Assembly: GCA_016699555.1 (NCBI GenBank)
Contig: CP064981.1
Coordinates: 27,456-91,455, forward strand
Origin: Candidatus Iainarchaeum sp.
GTDB lineage: Archaea > Iainarchaeota > Iainarchaeia > Iainarchaeales > VGJJ01
Length of the DNA stretch: 64,000 nucleotides
Direction of reading: 5' to 3'
The position numbers were made by a program, and so were the translations under genes. A model generated the notes under the pieces. It had not been told where the DNA came from and made no database searches. It saw only the letters and a program-made list of their open reading frames with translations. Numbering within the stretch: the stretch's first letter is position 1; every line of letters begins with the position of its first letter. Below, piece by piece: positions 20,427 through 29,484 of this stretch.

Positions 20427-20636
20427 ATGCAACTTGAACTCACACGCTTCGAAAAGGCCCGCATCATCAGCGCACGCGCACTGCAATTGGCATACGGCGC
20501 TCCTGCATTGATCAAACCCGGGAAGATCATCTCTCCCTATGAGTTGGCCAAGCAAGAGTTTGAGGAAAAAGCAACACCATTATCAGTCATTCGCAGACTG
20601 CCAAATGGACAGAACATCCGCATTGAGGTGAATTAA
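20427..20636 (+). CDS. rpoK: DNA-directed RNA polymerase subunit K (Rpo6/RpoK)
   Basis: TRFEKARIISARALQLAYGAP matches the Rpb6/RpoK core. Confidence 0.75.
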   Translation: MQLELTRFEKARIISARALQLAYGAPALIKPGKIISPYELAKQEFEEKATPLSVIRRLPNGQNIRIEVN

Positions 20637-20900
20637 ATGGGTAAAGCCGTTCCAAAGGGAATCAAAACAAAAGCCGTCACGATTATGAACGAATTAGCCG
20701 AAGAAGTCTCGGACAATTTCGAAGCCAACAAGAAGACCATCAACTCGCTCCAACTCCCCATCGGAAAGTGGACCCGCAACGTGATGGCCGGATTCATGGC
20801 CCGCAAGATCAAGCAGAAAAAGCAAGCCGAAAAGCGCAAAGAAGAATTACGCGCCAAAGCCATCGCAAGAAGCAATCCGACGCCGATGAAAACGGAATAG
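20637..20900 (+). CDS. rps17e: 30S ribosomal protein S17e
   Basis: MGK...IKTKAV..MNEL...NFEANKK...RN.MAGFM pattern of eS17; abuts the rpoK stop. Confidence 0.6.
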   Translation: MGKAVPKGIKTKAVTIMNELAEEVSDNFEANKKTINSLQLPIGKWTRNVMAGFMARKIKQKKQAEKRKEELRAKAIARSNPTPMKTE

Positions 20901-21061
20901 TTTCATCGCGTCCGCTCTCGTTCTAGAATAATTGCACCATTCGCAATCACGCACACACTCACTCCAAGGACTATTCGGTTGTCAGCCCACCCATCTAACG
21001 GCGCTTCAATGATATGCACGCGCAGGCAGCGTTCGACAGGAGCAGGGCAAGAATCGAATGA

Positions 21062-23425
21062 CTATTCCACTCTCGTCCCATGATCGATCGTCTTGATCAC
21101 GGGAATGGTCATCCCATCCTCATTCTTCTCGCGCTGCAAGAGATAGAGCGATCCCGTAGCGGATTTCTCTATTTCGGGATTGTGCGTGATCACGAAAATC
21201 TGATCCACCAATCCCGGCAAGCGCTCGCGGAGCATCTGCGAAAGCATGCCCACGGACTTGGTGTCGAGATTGTGCGTGGGTTCATCTAAAATCATCCAAC
21301 TCAGCTGGCGCGTCAACACGAAAGCGATGGCCATGCGCAAGGTCAGCGCAGCCGCGGAGCGTTCGCCTCCGGAAAGAGAAGACTCCACATCCACCCAATT
21401 CCCTAAACGCTCTTGCACGCGCAACACATAATCATTCTCATCCGCGACGAGCTGGGCATGGATGTAATCGCGATAGGGATAGACTTGAGGCCACAATTCC
21501 TGCAAGGCCAGATTCACCGCTTCCAATACCCACTCGCGCAATTGCTGTTGAGTGGAGATGAGTGCGTTTCCCCACACGCGCATGGCCTCCTCCACTTCCT
21601 TGGAGCGCTGCAACCGCGCCAGCATGCGCTCTTTTTCCTTCTGCATGAGATCCATCCCCTGCAGGCGTGCGTGAAGGTCCTTCAGCGCCTGTTCGATGGC
21701 AATGAGTTCGCGCTCAAATGACTGCAATTGCGTGTGCATACGCGTATGCTCTTGCGAAATGGCCACGACATCCGATTCCGAAATGGAAAACCACTCCATC
21801 TGCTTCTGGTTGGAGTCCAACTCCAACCCTATTTTCCCCAATTCCTGCACACGCAACGCATTCTGGAGGGCCAAATCGATGGCGTGCGATTCTTTTGAGA
21901 CCGCATCGAGGTCGGCTTGCGAAATGGTATTTCCCATTGCAGTTAGAGCAGCTTTTGTAGTTATTGTTTCGTTTTTTGCGGTTTCTAACTCTTTTTCCAC
22001 TCGCAACAACTCTGCACATTTTGATTTTAGCACGGCAATGGATTGTTGCTTGGATTGGTTTTCCTTTAATTCATTTTTGATTAATTGTAGTTCTTGCACC
22101 AGTGATTGTGTTTGCATTGAGAGGGATTGTTGTTCATTTTGAATGGCAGTGCGTTGTGCGTGTAATTGCAATAACAGTGATTGTTTATGCTCATTTGAAA
22201 TCGTTTGTTTACATGTGGCACAAGAAGCATGCAAGCTGGCCAGATTCTTTTCTTCTTCGTGCGAGTGTTTGAGTTTCTCTTGTAATGCGAATGACTTGGA
22301 CTTTGATTCTTGGATCAGCGATTCTTTTTCCCCAATCTTTTGCTCGCAAGAGGATAACTGTCCAAGAATCTGCGTTTCAACAAATTCAACCTCCTCTATG
22401 GTGCGATTCTGAATACTCTGAAGAAGCTGGTGATGGTTTTTTTGGAGCAACTCTTCCTTCTGGATTGCCTTTTGAAGCCTTAATTCGGCCATTTGGTGCT
22501 GTTTCTGCTTTTCAATCAGACTACGATAACGTTCCAAAACAGCCTGTTTTTGGGACTGTAAATCCGCATGGGTTTTCCCTGCGAAAGAAGGATTTTCGCT
22601 CTCAAATTGAGCCACTTGGTCGCGATACAATTGCTGCTTAGCATGCAATTGTTGCTGCTTTTCTTTCAATAACTTCAATACCTTCCAATCATCTTCCATT
22701 TTCATTTTCTTTTTAGCTAACTCGACGAGTTCATCCGCCACGCGCACTTTCTGGGATTGCAATTCCTTCAAGTGCAGCGATTGCTGCGCATGACGCGAGC
22801 GGAGCTCGTTCACATCGGTCTGCTGCAGCACCAGATCCAACTGCGCCAGCTGCGCCGCATCATTCTCTTGTTTGCGCTTGAATTGAAGCGCAACTTGATT
22901 GGCGTTGTTCCTGACGATCTCATACTTCTGCAGATCCAACAGCTCATCGAATTTCTTCTTCCGCTCGCCGGGGTTGAGCTTGAGAAAATAATCGACTTGG
23001 TTCTGTTCCGAGTAAACGCCGCGCACGAACAATTCATATGAGACGCCTAATTCCTGCTCCACTCTTTCGGTCGTTTGCGTGGGTTTAGGGCCGGCGATGA
23101 GGGTTTCATCCGCATATAACCGGCCTTCATTGATCCCATTGCGTTTCAGAACACGCTCGACCTTGTACTTCTTTCCATTCTTGGAGAAACAAACCTCGAT
23201 CTTGGCAATGTCAGCCGTTGAAGGCTTTCGCGTCAAGAGATCCTCCGAGGAGACGCGCGAGGACTTGAGCGCGGGAAAGGTCCCATAGAGGCCATAGCAG
23301 ATACCGTCGAGCACCGAAGACTTGCCTGAACCGATGACCCCCACGAGGACATTGGTTCCCTTTCTAAAATTGAAAGTAGAGCGCTTATGCGTCTTCCAAT
23401 TCTCTAAAACAAGCGAGTCGATCAT
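21062..23425 (-). CDS. rad50: Rad50 ATPase (SMC-like, zinc hook)
   Basis: N-terminal Walker A NVLVGVIGSGKSSVLDGI, long coiled coil with central CATCKQ hook, C-terminal signature SGGERSAAALTLRMAIAF and Walker B ILDEPT. Confidence 0.8.
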   Translation of the reverse strand: MIDSLVLENWKTHKRSTFNFRKGTNVLVGVIGSGKSSVLDGICYGLYGTFPALKSSRVSSEDLLTRKPSTADIAKIEVCFSKNGKKYKVERVLKRNGINEGRLYADETLIAGPKPTQTTERVEQELGVSYELFVRGVYSEQNQVDYFLKLNPGERKKKFDELLDLQKYEIVRNNANQVALQFKRKQENDAAQLAQLDLVLQQTDVNELRSRHAQQSLHLKELQSQKVRVADELVELAKKKMKMEDDWKVLKLLKEKQQQLHAKQQLYRDQVAQFESENPSFAGKTHADLQSQKQAVLERYRSLIEKQKQHQMAELRLQKAIQKEELLQKNHHQLLQSIQNRTIEEVEFVETQILGQLSSCEQKIGEKESLIQESKSKSFALQEKLKHSHEEEKNLASLHASCATCKQTISNEHKQSLLLQLHAQRTAIQNEQQSLSMQTQSLVQELQLIKNELKENQSKQQSIAVLKSKCAELLRVEKELETAKNETITTKAALTAMGNTISQADLDAVSKESHAIDLALQNALRVQELGKIGLELDSNQKQMEWFSISESDVVAISQEHTRMHTQLQSFERELIAIEQALKDLHARLQGMDLMQKEKERMLARLQRSKEVEEAMRVWGNALISTQQQLREWVLEAVNLALQELWPQVYPYRDYIHAQLVADENDYVLRVQERLGNWVDVESSLSGGERSAAALTLRMAIAFVLTRQLSWMILDEPTHNLDTKSVGMLSQMLRERLPGLVDQIFVITHNPEIEKSATGSLYLLQREKNEDGMTIPVIKTIDHGTRVE

Positions 23426-23508
23426 GACATAGGACTATGCGGTCGATGATGAATAAAAAACTAGAGAAAGGAGAATGCCAAAATAGAAACAAAAAATGAT
23501 AATTTATT

Positions 23509-23530
23509 GGGTTATTGATTACAATAACCC
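23509..23530 (-). terminator. 9-bp stem hairpin (gggttattg att a caataaccc) followed on the minus strand by a T-rich tract; candidate terminator for the EF-1beta/Zn-ribbon transcript
   Basis: Perfect palindrome read directly; T-rich run cattttttgtttctatttt follows on the minus strand. Confidence 0.3.
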
Positions 23531-23559
23531 ATTCTCGGCGCGTCCGGTCGAAACACGGA

Positions 23560-23820
23560 CTACAACAACGTCATCCCTTCGACTTCAACGGAGTCAACGG
23601 ATGGCATGGATTCGATTTCTTTTGTCAACGCGTCCAAGACACCATCTACCTTTTCGGGGATAGTGTAAGCGACTTTCAATACGACGATTCCAAAACCAAT
23701 CGGGGCTTCTTGGACGTCTCTGCATTCGCCGTTCTTGGCGGTGCGCAAGGCATTCTTGGTGGTTTCAAGGTCTTCCATGTCCTTGGGGTTGACTTTGTAA
23801 ATGACGATGATTTTTCCCAT
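23560..23820 (-). CDS. ef1b: Translation elongation factor aEF-1beta
   Basis: MGKIIVIYKV...start and 86-aa length are typical of archaeal EF-1beta. Confidence 0.65.
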   Translation of the reverse strand: MGKIIVIYKVNPKDMEDLETTKNALRTAKNGECRDVQEAPIGFGIVVLKVAYTIPEKVDGVLDALTKEIESMPSVDSVEVEGMTLL

Positions 23821-23870
23821 GCTTTGCTCACCTACGATTGTTTTGGTTAATGAACGGACTAAAGATGAAG

Positions 23871-24029
23871 TTAAGGACCCATGAACTGGCAGTCAGGGCA
23901 CTTATAGGAGCGGGCAGTGGTTCGGCAGTGCATGCAGCGGACGATCTTGTGCTTGCTACAATTGGGGCACTTGAACTCGATAAAGTCGGATCCGACTTGC
24001 ATATTACAGGAGGTACAGGTTTTCACCAT
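23871..24029 (-). CDS. Small Zn-ribbon protein (two CxxC pairs) commonly linked to aEF-1beta
   Basis: MVKTCTSCN...CPNCS...CMHC...CPDC. ORF track start 24125; the internal ATG at 24029 is preferred. Confidence 0.5.
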   Translation of the reverse strand: MVKTCTSCNMQVGSDFIEFKCPNCSKHKIVRCMHCRTTARSYKCPDCQFMGP

Positions 24030-24167
24030 TTCAGAACACCTTAGATAACCAAAAACCCCTGGCAATCGTTTATAAAACGAAGCCCGAGGCTTCCGCGCAT
24101 ATGCCCCCACACAGGCCCAAAACACCCATTTATAGGGTTATTTTGAGTGTTTTCTTCTAATGCCTAG

Positions 24168-24242
24168 GGCCCCGTAGCTTAGGCTGGATAGAGCGCCAGG
24201 CTTCGGACCTGGAGGTCGGGGGTTCAAATCCCTCCGGGGTCG
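24168..24242 (+). tRNA. tRNA-Arg (anticodon TCG), no encoded CCA
   Basis: Manual cloverleaf: acceptor GGCCCCG/CGGGGUC, D-arm GCUU..GAGC, anticodon stem CCAGG/CCUGG with loop CUUCGGA (U34 C35 G36), T-arm GGGGG-UUCAAAU-CCCUC, discriminator G. TATA-like tttatag lies about 33 bp upstream. Confidence 0.8.
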
Positions 24243-24252
24243 CTTTTTTATT
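24239..24252. repeat. Left 14-bp direct repeat (TSD) gtcgcttttttatt; overlaps the last 4 nt of the tRNA-Arg and its oligo-T terminator
   Basis: Identical 14-mer at 34627..34640. Confidence 0.8.
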
Positions 24253-24284
24253 GGGATATATACAGCTGCCGCGTTTGAGACTTT
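24253..24284. repeat. Left terminal inverted repeat (32 bp) gggatatatacagctgccgcgtttgagacttt
   Basis: Exact reverse complement present at 34595..34626. Confidence 0.85.
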
Positions 24285-24322
24285 TACAACATAATTATCA
24301 GATTAATAGGGCAGTAACATTG

Positions 24323-25528
24323 CTAAAGAGAATCTGTTGAATTATTTTTGTTTGAGATTGAGTTTTCAATATTCCCTACTGGATTTATTTTATTGTAGTG
24401 GTTCCAATCATTTAGCTGTTGTATAATTCTTTCCGGAATTTTCAAGCCAAGTAGGCGATAAATTATATTTAGAATAAGACAATCAAGAAAATATTCAAAT
24501 CGATTTATTGTGTAAAACGGCATTTTTTTACGTTTAACATTTTCAATTATTATTTTTAGCAGTGGTTCTCCATGACTATAATTATTCCTAAGCTTATACG
24601 TCTCTTTAATTGTTTCATAAAATAGTTCCCATTTTAAATCAGTATATTTCCTAATGAAAACTTCAGCCTTTTTAGTAATTGTATCATCTTTAATAGTTGA
24701 AAGCAAATATTCAACATCTTCATCACTCAACTTAAATTCTTCTTTGTACTTCGTTTTTACATCAGTTCTAATTTTATTTTTGACATTTTCAAAATAGCTT
24801 TTATAATCACGCAGATGGGCGTTAATGATCATTTCAAATAAAGCCCATTGAAAAATAGCCGCGTCATGCGATTCCAAAAATTCTTTATTTCTATTAAACA
24901 AAAAATGAGTAAATAGCATTGAACTAATCCATGCAGAATTTTTTTGATATTTATTATCCCCAATTGCATCAACAAGATTTTCAATTTCTAGTCTTGTCAG
25001 CTCAAAATTTAATTTTTTATATCTCAACTTCCTGGATAAAGGGCTTTCTGTTAGATATCCTGTTTGAGTTCTCTCATCAGCAAATAAATACTTCTTCTTT
25101 GTGCCCCCTACTAGAAATTCAATTAGCTGCATTGATGACACTTCATACATTTCAGCTATGGTTAGATAGAAATCAAGTTCATGATTAGGTGTATCTGCGT
25201 TAATTTTTCGATCGTTAATTAAATCGCCAAAGTTGTGGTTTGGTTCTTTGAAGTATTCTATTAATGGAATTTTAAAAATTAAAAAATACTTGTTGTTTAA
25301 TTCATAAAATAAATCTTGGAATTCTGAAGGGTGACGCAAATCAAAGATACTTTTTGCATTGAAATATTTTTGTTCAGGAACAATTACTTTTTTGATCCCC
25401 AACTCGTTTTTACAATAGTTTTGAAAGCTTTCAACCTTAATTAATTCAAAGAAACGCGTTTTTAGTTCAGGTATTTCATTTACTGAATCAAATTGAGCAA
25501 TTACTTTCACGTCTTTTGCATTAGCCAT
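24323..25528 (-). CDS. Casposon cargo protein, possible HEPN-domain (Abi-like) protein
   Basis: C-terminal KLRNNYSHGEP contains an Rx4H HEPN-type motif; otherwise unrecognised; AT-rich codon usage. Confidence 0.4.
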   Translation of the reverse strand: MANAKDVKVIAQFDSVNEIPELKTRFFELIKVESFQNYCKNELGIKKVIVPEQKYFNAKSIFDLRHPSEFQDLFYELNNKYFLIFKIPLIEYFKEPNHNFGDLINDRKINADTPNHELDFYLTIAEMYEVSSMQLIEFLVGGTKKKYLFADERTQTGYLTESPLSRKLRYKKLNFELTRLEIENLVDAIGDNKYQKNSAWISSMLFTHFLFNRNKEFLESHDAAIFQWALFEMIINAHLRDYKSYFENVKNKIRTDVKTKYKEEFKLSDEDVEYLLSTIKDDTITKKAEVFIRKYTDLKWELFYETIKETYKLRNNYSHGEPLLKIIIENVKRKKMPFYTINRFEYFLDCLILNIIYRLLGLKIPERIIQQLNDWNHYNKINPVGNIENSISNKNNSTDSL

Positions 25529-25534
25529 AAATGG

Positions 25535-26533
25535 TCATGGATATTTTAGGAGTTGATTATTTATTTTTACAGTTGAAATATTGCAGTCAATAATATTAGA
25601 TGGTAAATTACATTGAATAATTGTAGTGGTTTTTGATTTTAGGACTCTATCAAACTCACAACTATTGCTAGCAAATGAATTTTCCATGCTATTTATATCG
25701 ATGCACGTCATCGATAGATGAGTCATAATAGCTTCGTCGTTTGTTGCATTATACAGATATATGTTTGCATTTCCATCTCGCACAATGGAACCACGAAATG
25801 GAAAATCATGGACTGTCAAATCGTAAGGGTTTGAAACGAGTTGACTTACTGGCAACATAGTGAAAATGACAACGAGAATAACCGCATAGACTCTCGAGAT
25901 TGATGTATCTTTTGACAACCCATTGAATATTTGTCGTTCCAAGTAATACAGCAACACTACAAATATTGCAAACTTAAGGAAGTCAGTACTGGTGATGACT
26001 AAATAGATTCCCCAGCCAATGAATCCCATTAGCACCAAAAATAATAGTAGACAGATAATCTTGTGTTTTTCGACGAAGTCATTTGCTCCATCCCCTAAAT
26101 TTTTTTGAACTTTCTTTAATTTAGTCTTGAGCTTTTTCAGATACCCTTCTAGGCTGGCCAAATAAATGATTATTTCAATAATTGCTTGAAGTACACTCGA
26201 TATTTTCTTGAATCCTTTATCTAACTCCTCATAGGTTCCGCGCACAATCAGAAATGCAAGTGAATAAGATAGAGTGAAAAAGTTAGTGAACATGACGATG
26301 AAGTTAAACCCATATAACTGGAATTTGTCATTCAGAATCAGTATTGAAGCTATGAAAACCAGTACGTAGGTCAAACCACCAAGCAAAATTACTTCTTTTG
26401 CAAGGTTTGTGGGGGTCGGCTCATCCTTTTCATTCCATTTCTTCGCCAAGAACAACAAGTATCCTGAAATAATCGTGAAAACGACCACCGAAGGAGTTGA
26501 AAAGATGAAGTTCTGAAAAATATCTTCAAGCAT
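25535..26533 (-). CDS. Casposon cargo polytopic membrane protein
   Basis: Roughly 7 hydrophobic helices; no domain. Confidence 0.45.
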   Translation of the reverse strand: MLEDIFQNFIFSTPSVVVFTIISGYLLFLAKKWNEKDEPTPTNLAKEVILLGGLTYVLVFIASILILNDKFQLYGFNFIVMFTNFFTLSYSLAFLIVRGTYEELDKGFKKISSVLQAIIEIIIYLASLEGYLKKLKTKLKKVQKNLGDGANDFVEKHKIICLLLFLVLMGFIGWGIYLVITSTDFLKFAIFVVLLYYLERQIFNGLSKDTSISRVYAVILVVIFTMLPVSQLVSNPYDLTVHDFPFRGSIVRDGNANIYLYNATNDEAIMTHLSMTCIDINSMENSFASNSCEFDRVLKSKTTTIIQCNLPSNIIDCNISTVKINNQLLKYP

Positions 26534-26578
26534 ATAAATGGTAAAATGGCTTCTTTTTATAATCCGAACATGAAAAAA

Positions 26579-27763
26579 TCATTCTTCGCGGACTTTCCCT
26601 AAGGTCTTTTCATATAACTTGAATATTTTTCCACTTTTTGCATTCTTTTTCATGTAATGCAATGTCCCTTTATGCAAACCATGCTCGTATGCTTTATGAT
26701 AGGGAATTGCCAGAATCTTTTGTCGCAATTCCTCTGAATCAACTCTCTTTAATTCAAACTTAGGATTGGTAAAATCAATCTCTCTCTTTTCAAAATATTT
26801 TGTAAGTTCACGTGCTTTAATGAGTATTACATTATGCCAGCTTGACATGCCTCGATCAAATTCAACTTTATTGTTGAATTGTGTTTCAATTTCCTTTAGT
26901 AGCTTCTTTGCACCACTTGGGCGCAATTTTAGATTGTAGTTTTCGGTTCGAATAAAATCTTTTGCGCTGAAAACTTCTTTTTCAATCGCTGAAATAACTG
27001 CTAAATCAATGAGAAAGCGATACGGTTCTTGTAAGTCGTAAGCCAAAGAGTTATTTCCTGAATGTTTTTCATGCATATATCCAACATGTTGATCAAGTCC
27101 GACTGCATTAATGGCCTTTAGGCATTCAGCTTCTAGAATAGAATAGCCATAGTTGAGTAAGCAATTAATTACATCACCTGCACCGCGTGGCTTCTTTTGA
27201 TATTCTCTTGTTTCAAATTCTAACTTTTCTGGGAATATTTTTGTAAGTTCTTGCCAGTAAAAGGAAGCAACTCTCCCCTCAATCATCATAATCTCAGGTA
27301 TATCTTTTACTTGTTCAATCTTATTCCATTCATTACTGAAATCCGTTTTAATTTCAGGATACTTGGGTTTGAGATAATCTAATACTAATTTTGTCCGTGC
27401 AAACTTGGCATTAATTAAAGCTTTTGAAATTTTGACACGTTCAATATAATTTTCATAAATTTTGTACTGATTAAATTTCGTTTGCACATTGGTGCTTTCA
27501 GGAGGCAATAATGTAGTTAGAAGTTTTCCATTCCAGTCTAAGAAAGAAGCCTGAATGCCATGTTTGACAAGCCAACGAATTGCATCTATGGTGATGTTTC
27601 CGTCTTGGCCATAAATAATCACATTATCCACGTCAATTCTTCGAGGTGAATAAATATATTGAGTAGGTTCTTTTCCAAATTCTGAAAAACCGTCTTTGAC
27701 ATGCAGTTTTGCTTTTTCCACTTTCAGATTAATCCCATGGCCATTAAGTAATAACAATTTCAT
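26579..27763 (-). CDS. cas1: Cas1-family integrase (casposase)
   Basis: Cas1 core MMIEGRVASFYWQ (catalytic Glu), DVINCLLNYGYSILEAECLKAINAVGLDQHVGYMHEK (His), LAYDLQEPYRFLIDLAV (Asp); 394 aa with a C-terminal extension as in casposases; no CRISPR array nearby. Confidence 0.8.
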   Translation of the reverse strand: MKLLLLNGHGINLKVEKAKLHVKDGFSEFGKEPTQYIYSPRRIDVDNVIIYGQDGNITIDAIRWLVKHGIQASFLDWNGKLLTTLLPPESTNVQTKFNQYKIYENYIERVKISKALINAKFARTKLVLDYLKPKYPEIKTDFSNEWNKIEQVKDIPEIMMIEGRVASFYWQELTKIFPEKLEFETREYQKKPRGAGDVINCLLNYGYSILEAECLKAINAVGLDQHVGYMHEKHSGNNSLAYDLQEPYRFLIDLAVISAIEKEVFSAKDFIRTENYNLKLRPSGAKKLLKEIETQFNNKVEFDRGMSSWHNVILIKARELTKYFEKREIDFTNPKFELKRVDSEELRQKILAIPYHKAYEHGLHKGTLHYMKKNAKSGKIFKLYEKTLGKVREE

Positions 27764-28119
27764 GCAACTTCACCCTTCATACTTTCTTTTGTTCTGCTAT
27801 ATGCCGCAGCATCACTTCGAATTGACTTTAACCAACCCCTTTGTTCATCTTCAAGTGTAAGAGAAAATTCGACCAAGGCTTTCTTGTATAGCTCAAGCAC
27901 GCCATGCCAACGTGAGGCTTCGAAGAAAGTACTAAATGCAGTTCTTTGATAGTCTTTTATCACCCATTTTAGCCAATGGATTGCTTTTTCGCTTTCAGCA
28001 GTTGCAAAAAGCATTAGGATTAGTTTTCCATATGCTTTGAATATGGATGCCTCGTCTACTTTTTTATCAAACTCGTTAAGTATTTTGTCAAGATTTTTTT
28101 GGACGTATCCCAGCGTCAA
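27760..28119 (-). CDS. Casposon hypothetical protein
   Basis: 119-aa ORF, ATGA-type overlap with cas1. Confidence 0.4.
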   Translation of the reverse strand: MTLGYVQKNLDKILNEFDKKVDEASIFKAYGKLILMLFATAESEKAIHWLKWVIKDYQRTAFSTFFEASRWHGVLELYKKALVEFSLTLEDEQRGWLKSIRSDAAAYSRTKESMKGEVA

Positions 28120-28582
28120 GGTGATTCATTAGTAAAATGGCGGTTGTTTCTAAAAGTTTTTCATTTTTGGTGCGCGCGACTATTCGTTCAACCTTTTCCA
28201 ATGTTTCCCAATTTAATTTTACGCGTTGTACATCTCCTAACTCCTCTAAAGCAACTAATTGTTTCTTTTCATCATCTGACGCAAGTATATCAAGAATTTT
28301 CGAGTAAAATTCGTTTTCATTTGGTAAAGTTGAAAGTGCATAAAAAATTGCATTTTCTCTTTTTTCTTTTATTCCATAAGCTTGGAAGTCATTGAATTTT
28401 ATTCGTATAATCTTCTTGTCAACATCACGCAATTCTTGGATTGCTTTGTAAATTGAGGGTTTTGATCTGCCGAGCGGCATTGCATCGCCAATTTTGCCTA
28501 TTTTTTCGAAGATTTGGTCTGAAGACTGAATCTTCTCTTTCGCCAGTAAGTCGATGATTTCTTGTTTTATGCTATCACGCAT
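28088..28582 (-). CDS. Casposon putative winged-HTH DNA-binding protein
   Basis: N-terminal SIYKAIQELRDVDKKIIRIKF helix-turn-helix-like segment. Confidence 0.4.
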   Translation of the reverse strand: MRDSIKQEIIDLLAKEKIQSSDQIFEKIGKIGDAMPLGRSKPSIYKAIQELRDVDKKIIRIKFNDFQAYGIKEKRENAIFYALSTLPNENEFYSKILDILASDDEKKQLVALEELGDVQRVKLNWETLEKVERIVARTKNEKLLETTAILLMNHLDAGIRPKKS

Positions 28583-28621
28583 GCTCTCACTTCGGTCTCT
28601 TTTGCTCTCACAATTAAGTAT

Positions 28622-28666
28622 AATTACTATAACTTATGCTATCAATTACTATATAATAGTTGCTAT
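28622..28666. promoter_or_regulatory. Divergent AT-rich intergenic region with two imperfect direct repeats (aattactata..tgctat, about 22 bp apart) between the HTH and RHH genes
   Basis: aattactata at 28622 and 28644, tgctat at 28637 and 28661; candidate operator/TATA elements. Confidence 0.3.
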
Positions 28667-28700
28667 ATTCCAGGTCTGCTCCAATGTATGTGGTGATCCC

Positions 28701-28871
28701 ATGAGTGGACGTAAACTTGTCATAACCTTGAATCCAAGCCTTAAACGTGGACTGGAGGAGGCATCAAAGCGCAGGAAATGCTCGCAAGCTGAAATTGTGC
28801 GTGGCCTCCTCTATCAAAATCTTGCCCCTTACTTGAAAGAGGTGGAAGCTGATGCCCAAACGCTTCTCTAA
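28701..28871 (+). CDS. Ribbon-helix-helix (CopG-like) DNA-binding protein
   Basis: MSGRKLVITLNPSLKRGLEEASKRRKCSQAEIVRGLLYQ is the classic RHH beta-strand plus two helices. Start chosen at ATG 28701, not the ORF-track start. Confidence 0.45.
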   Translation: MSGRKLVITLNPSLKRGLEEASKRRKCSQAEIVRGLLYQNLAPYLKEVEADAQTLL

Positions 28872-29484
28872 ACACTACAAAACTTTTTCCGACTGGAAAA
28901 AAGGACGGAAACTAACGAAATATAGTAAGAAAATAATTGAAAATCGAGCCATATTTCCAAAATCTACCTTGAAGAGGCTCAGGACTGGAATCTCCAACTT
29001 TTCCACAAAAAAATGGAATGTATTGAATTCCACTCAAAAAGTGCATCGAACAAATGCATTGAACACACTTTCTGAAATACGGAAAGGAAACTCACTCCTA
29101 AAGACGCTTAAAAAATATGGTTATTCATTAGAAAGAATAAAAGAACACTTAGGAAAAACGATTCATTTCCAAAACAATAAGTGGATTAGTAGATCACGCG
29201 ATTCAATTGAACGTTCAATGGTTATTTATGAAAATGGAAAACGAAAAGCAATTCTTGTTAATGATTCAAAGACTGCATCACGAATTGGAGAGTATTATAA
29301 TTCAGTAAAGAAGTTTTTACAAACAGGAAACGAGAAGGAATTACATAAAATAAACACAAAAATCATCGACTCAAATGGTAACACTCATTACTTAGAAACA
29401 AATCCTAAAAAGATTTTAGAAATTGAAGAAGCAAAGGAAGAACCCGAATTCACAGAAATATATTCAGAGGAAGATTCTCCATGA
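28852..29484 (+). CDS. Casposon basic Lys/Ser-rich protein immediately upstream of HNH and PolB (function unknown)
   Basis: 210-aa ORF overlapping the RHH gene stop and the HNH gene start (operon). Confidence 0.45.
   Translation: MPKRFSKHYKTFSDWKKGRKLTKYSKKIIENRAIFPKSTLKRLRTGISNFSTKKWNVLNSTQKVHRTNALNTLSEIRKGNSLLKTLKKYGYSLERIKEHLGKTIHFQNNKWISRSRDSIERSMVIYENGKRKAILVNDSKTASRIGEYYNSVKKFLQTGNEKELHKINTKIIDSNGNTHYLETNPKKILEIEEAKEEPEFTEIYSEEDSP

Noticed and set aside
21062-23560. Expected an mre11 gene adjacent to rad50
   Set aside because: No calcineurin-like phosphoesterase ORF is present. The flanks are S17e/rpoK on one side and EF-1beta on the other, so mre11 must lie elsewhere or be absent.
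24238-24252. Oligo-T tract after the tRNA as merely a terminator
   Set aside because: It is a terminator-like T-run, but its exact duplication at 34627..34640 shows it is also part of the element's 14-bp target-site duplication. Both roles are retained.
26579-27763. Cas1 gene as evidence for a CRISPR-Cas adaptation module
   Set aside because: No repeat-spacer array, cas2 or other cas genes anywhere in the window. TIRs, TSD, PolB and HNH indicate a casposase role instead.
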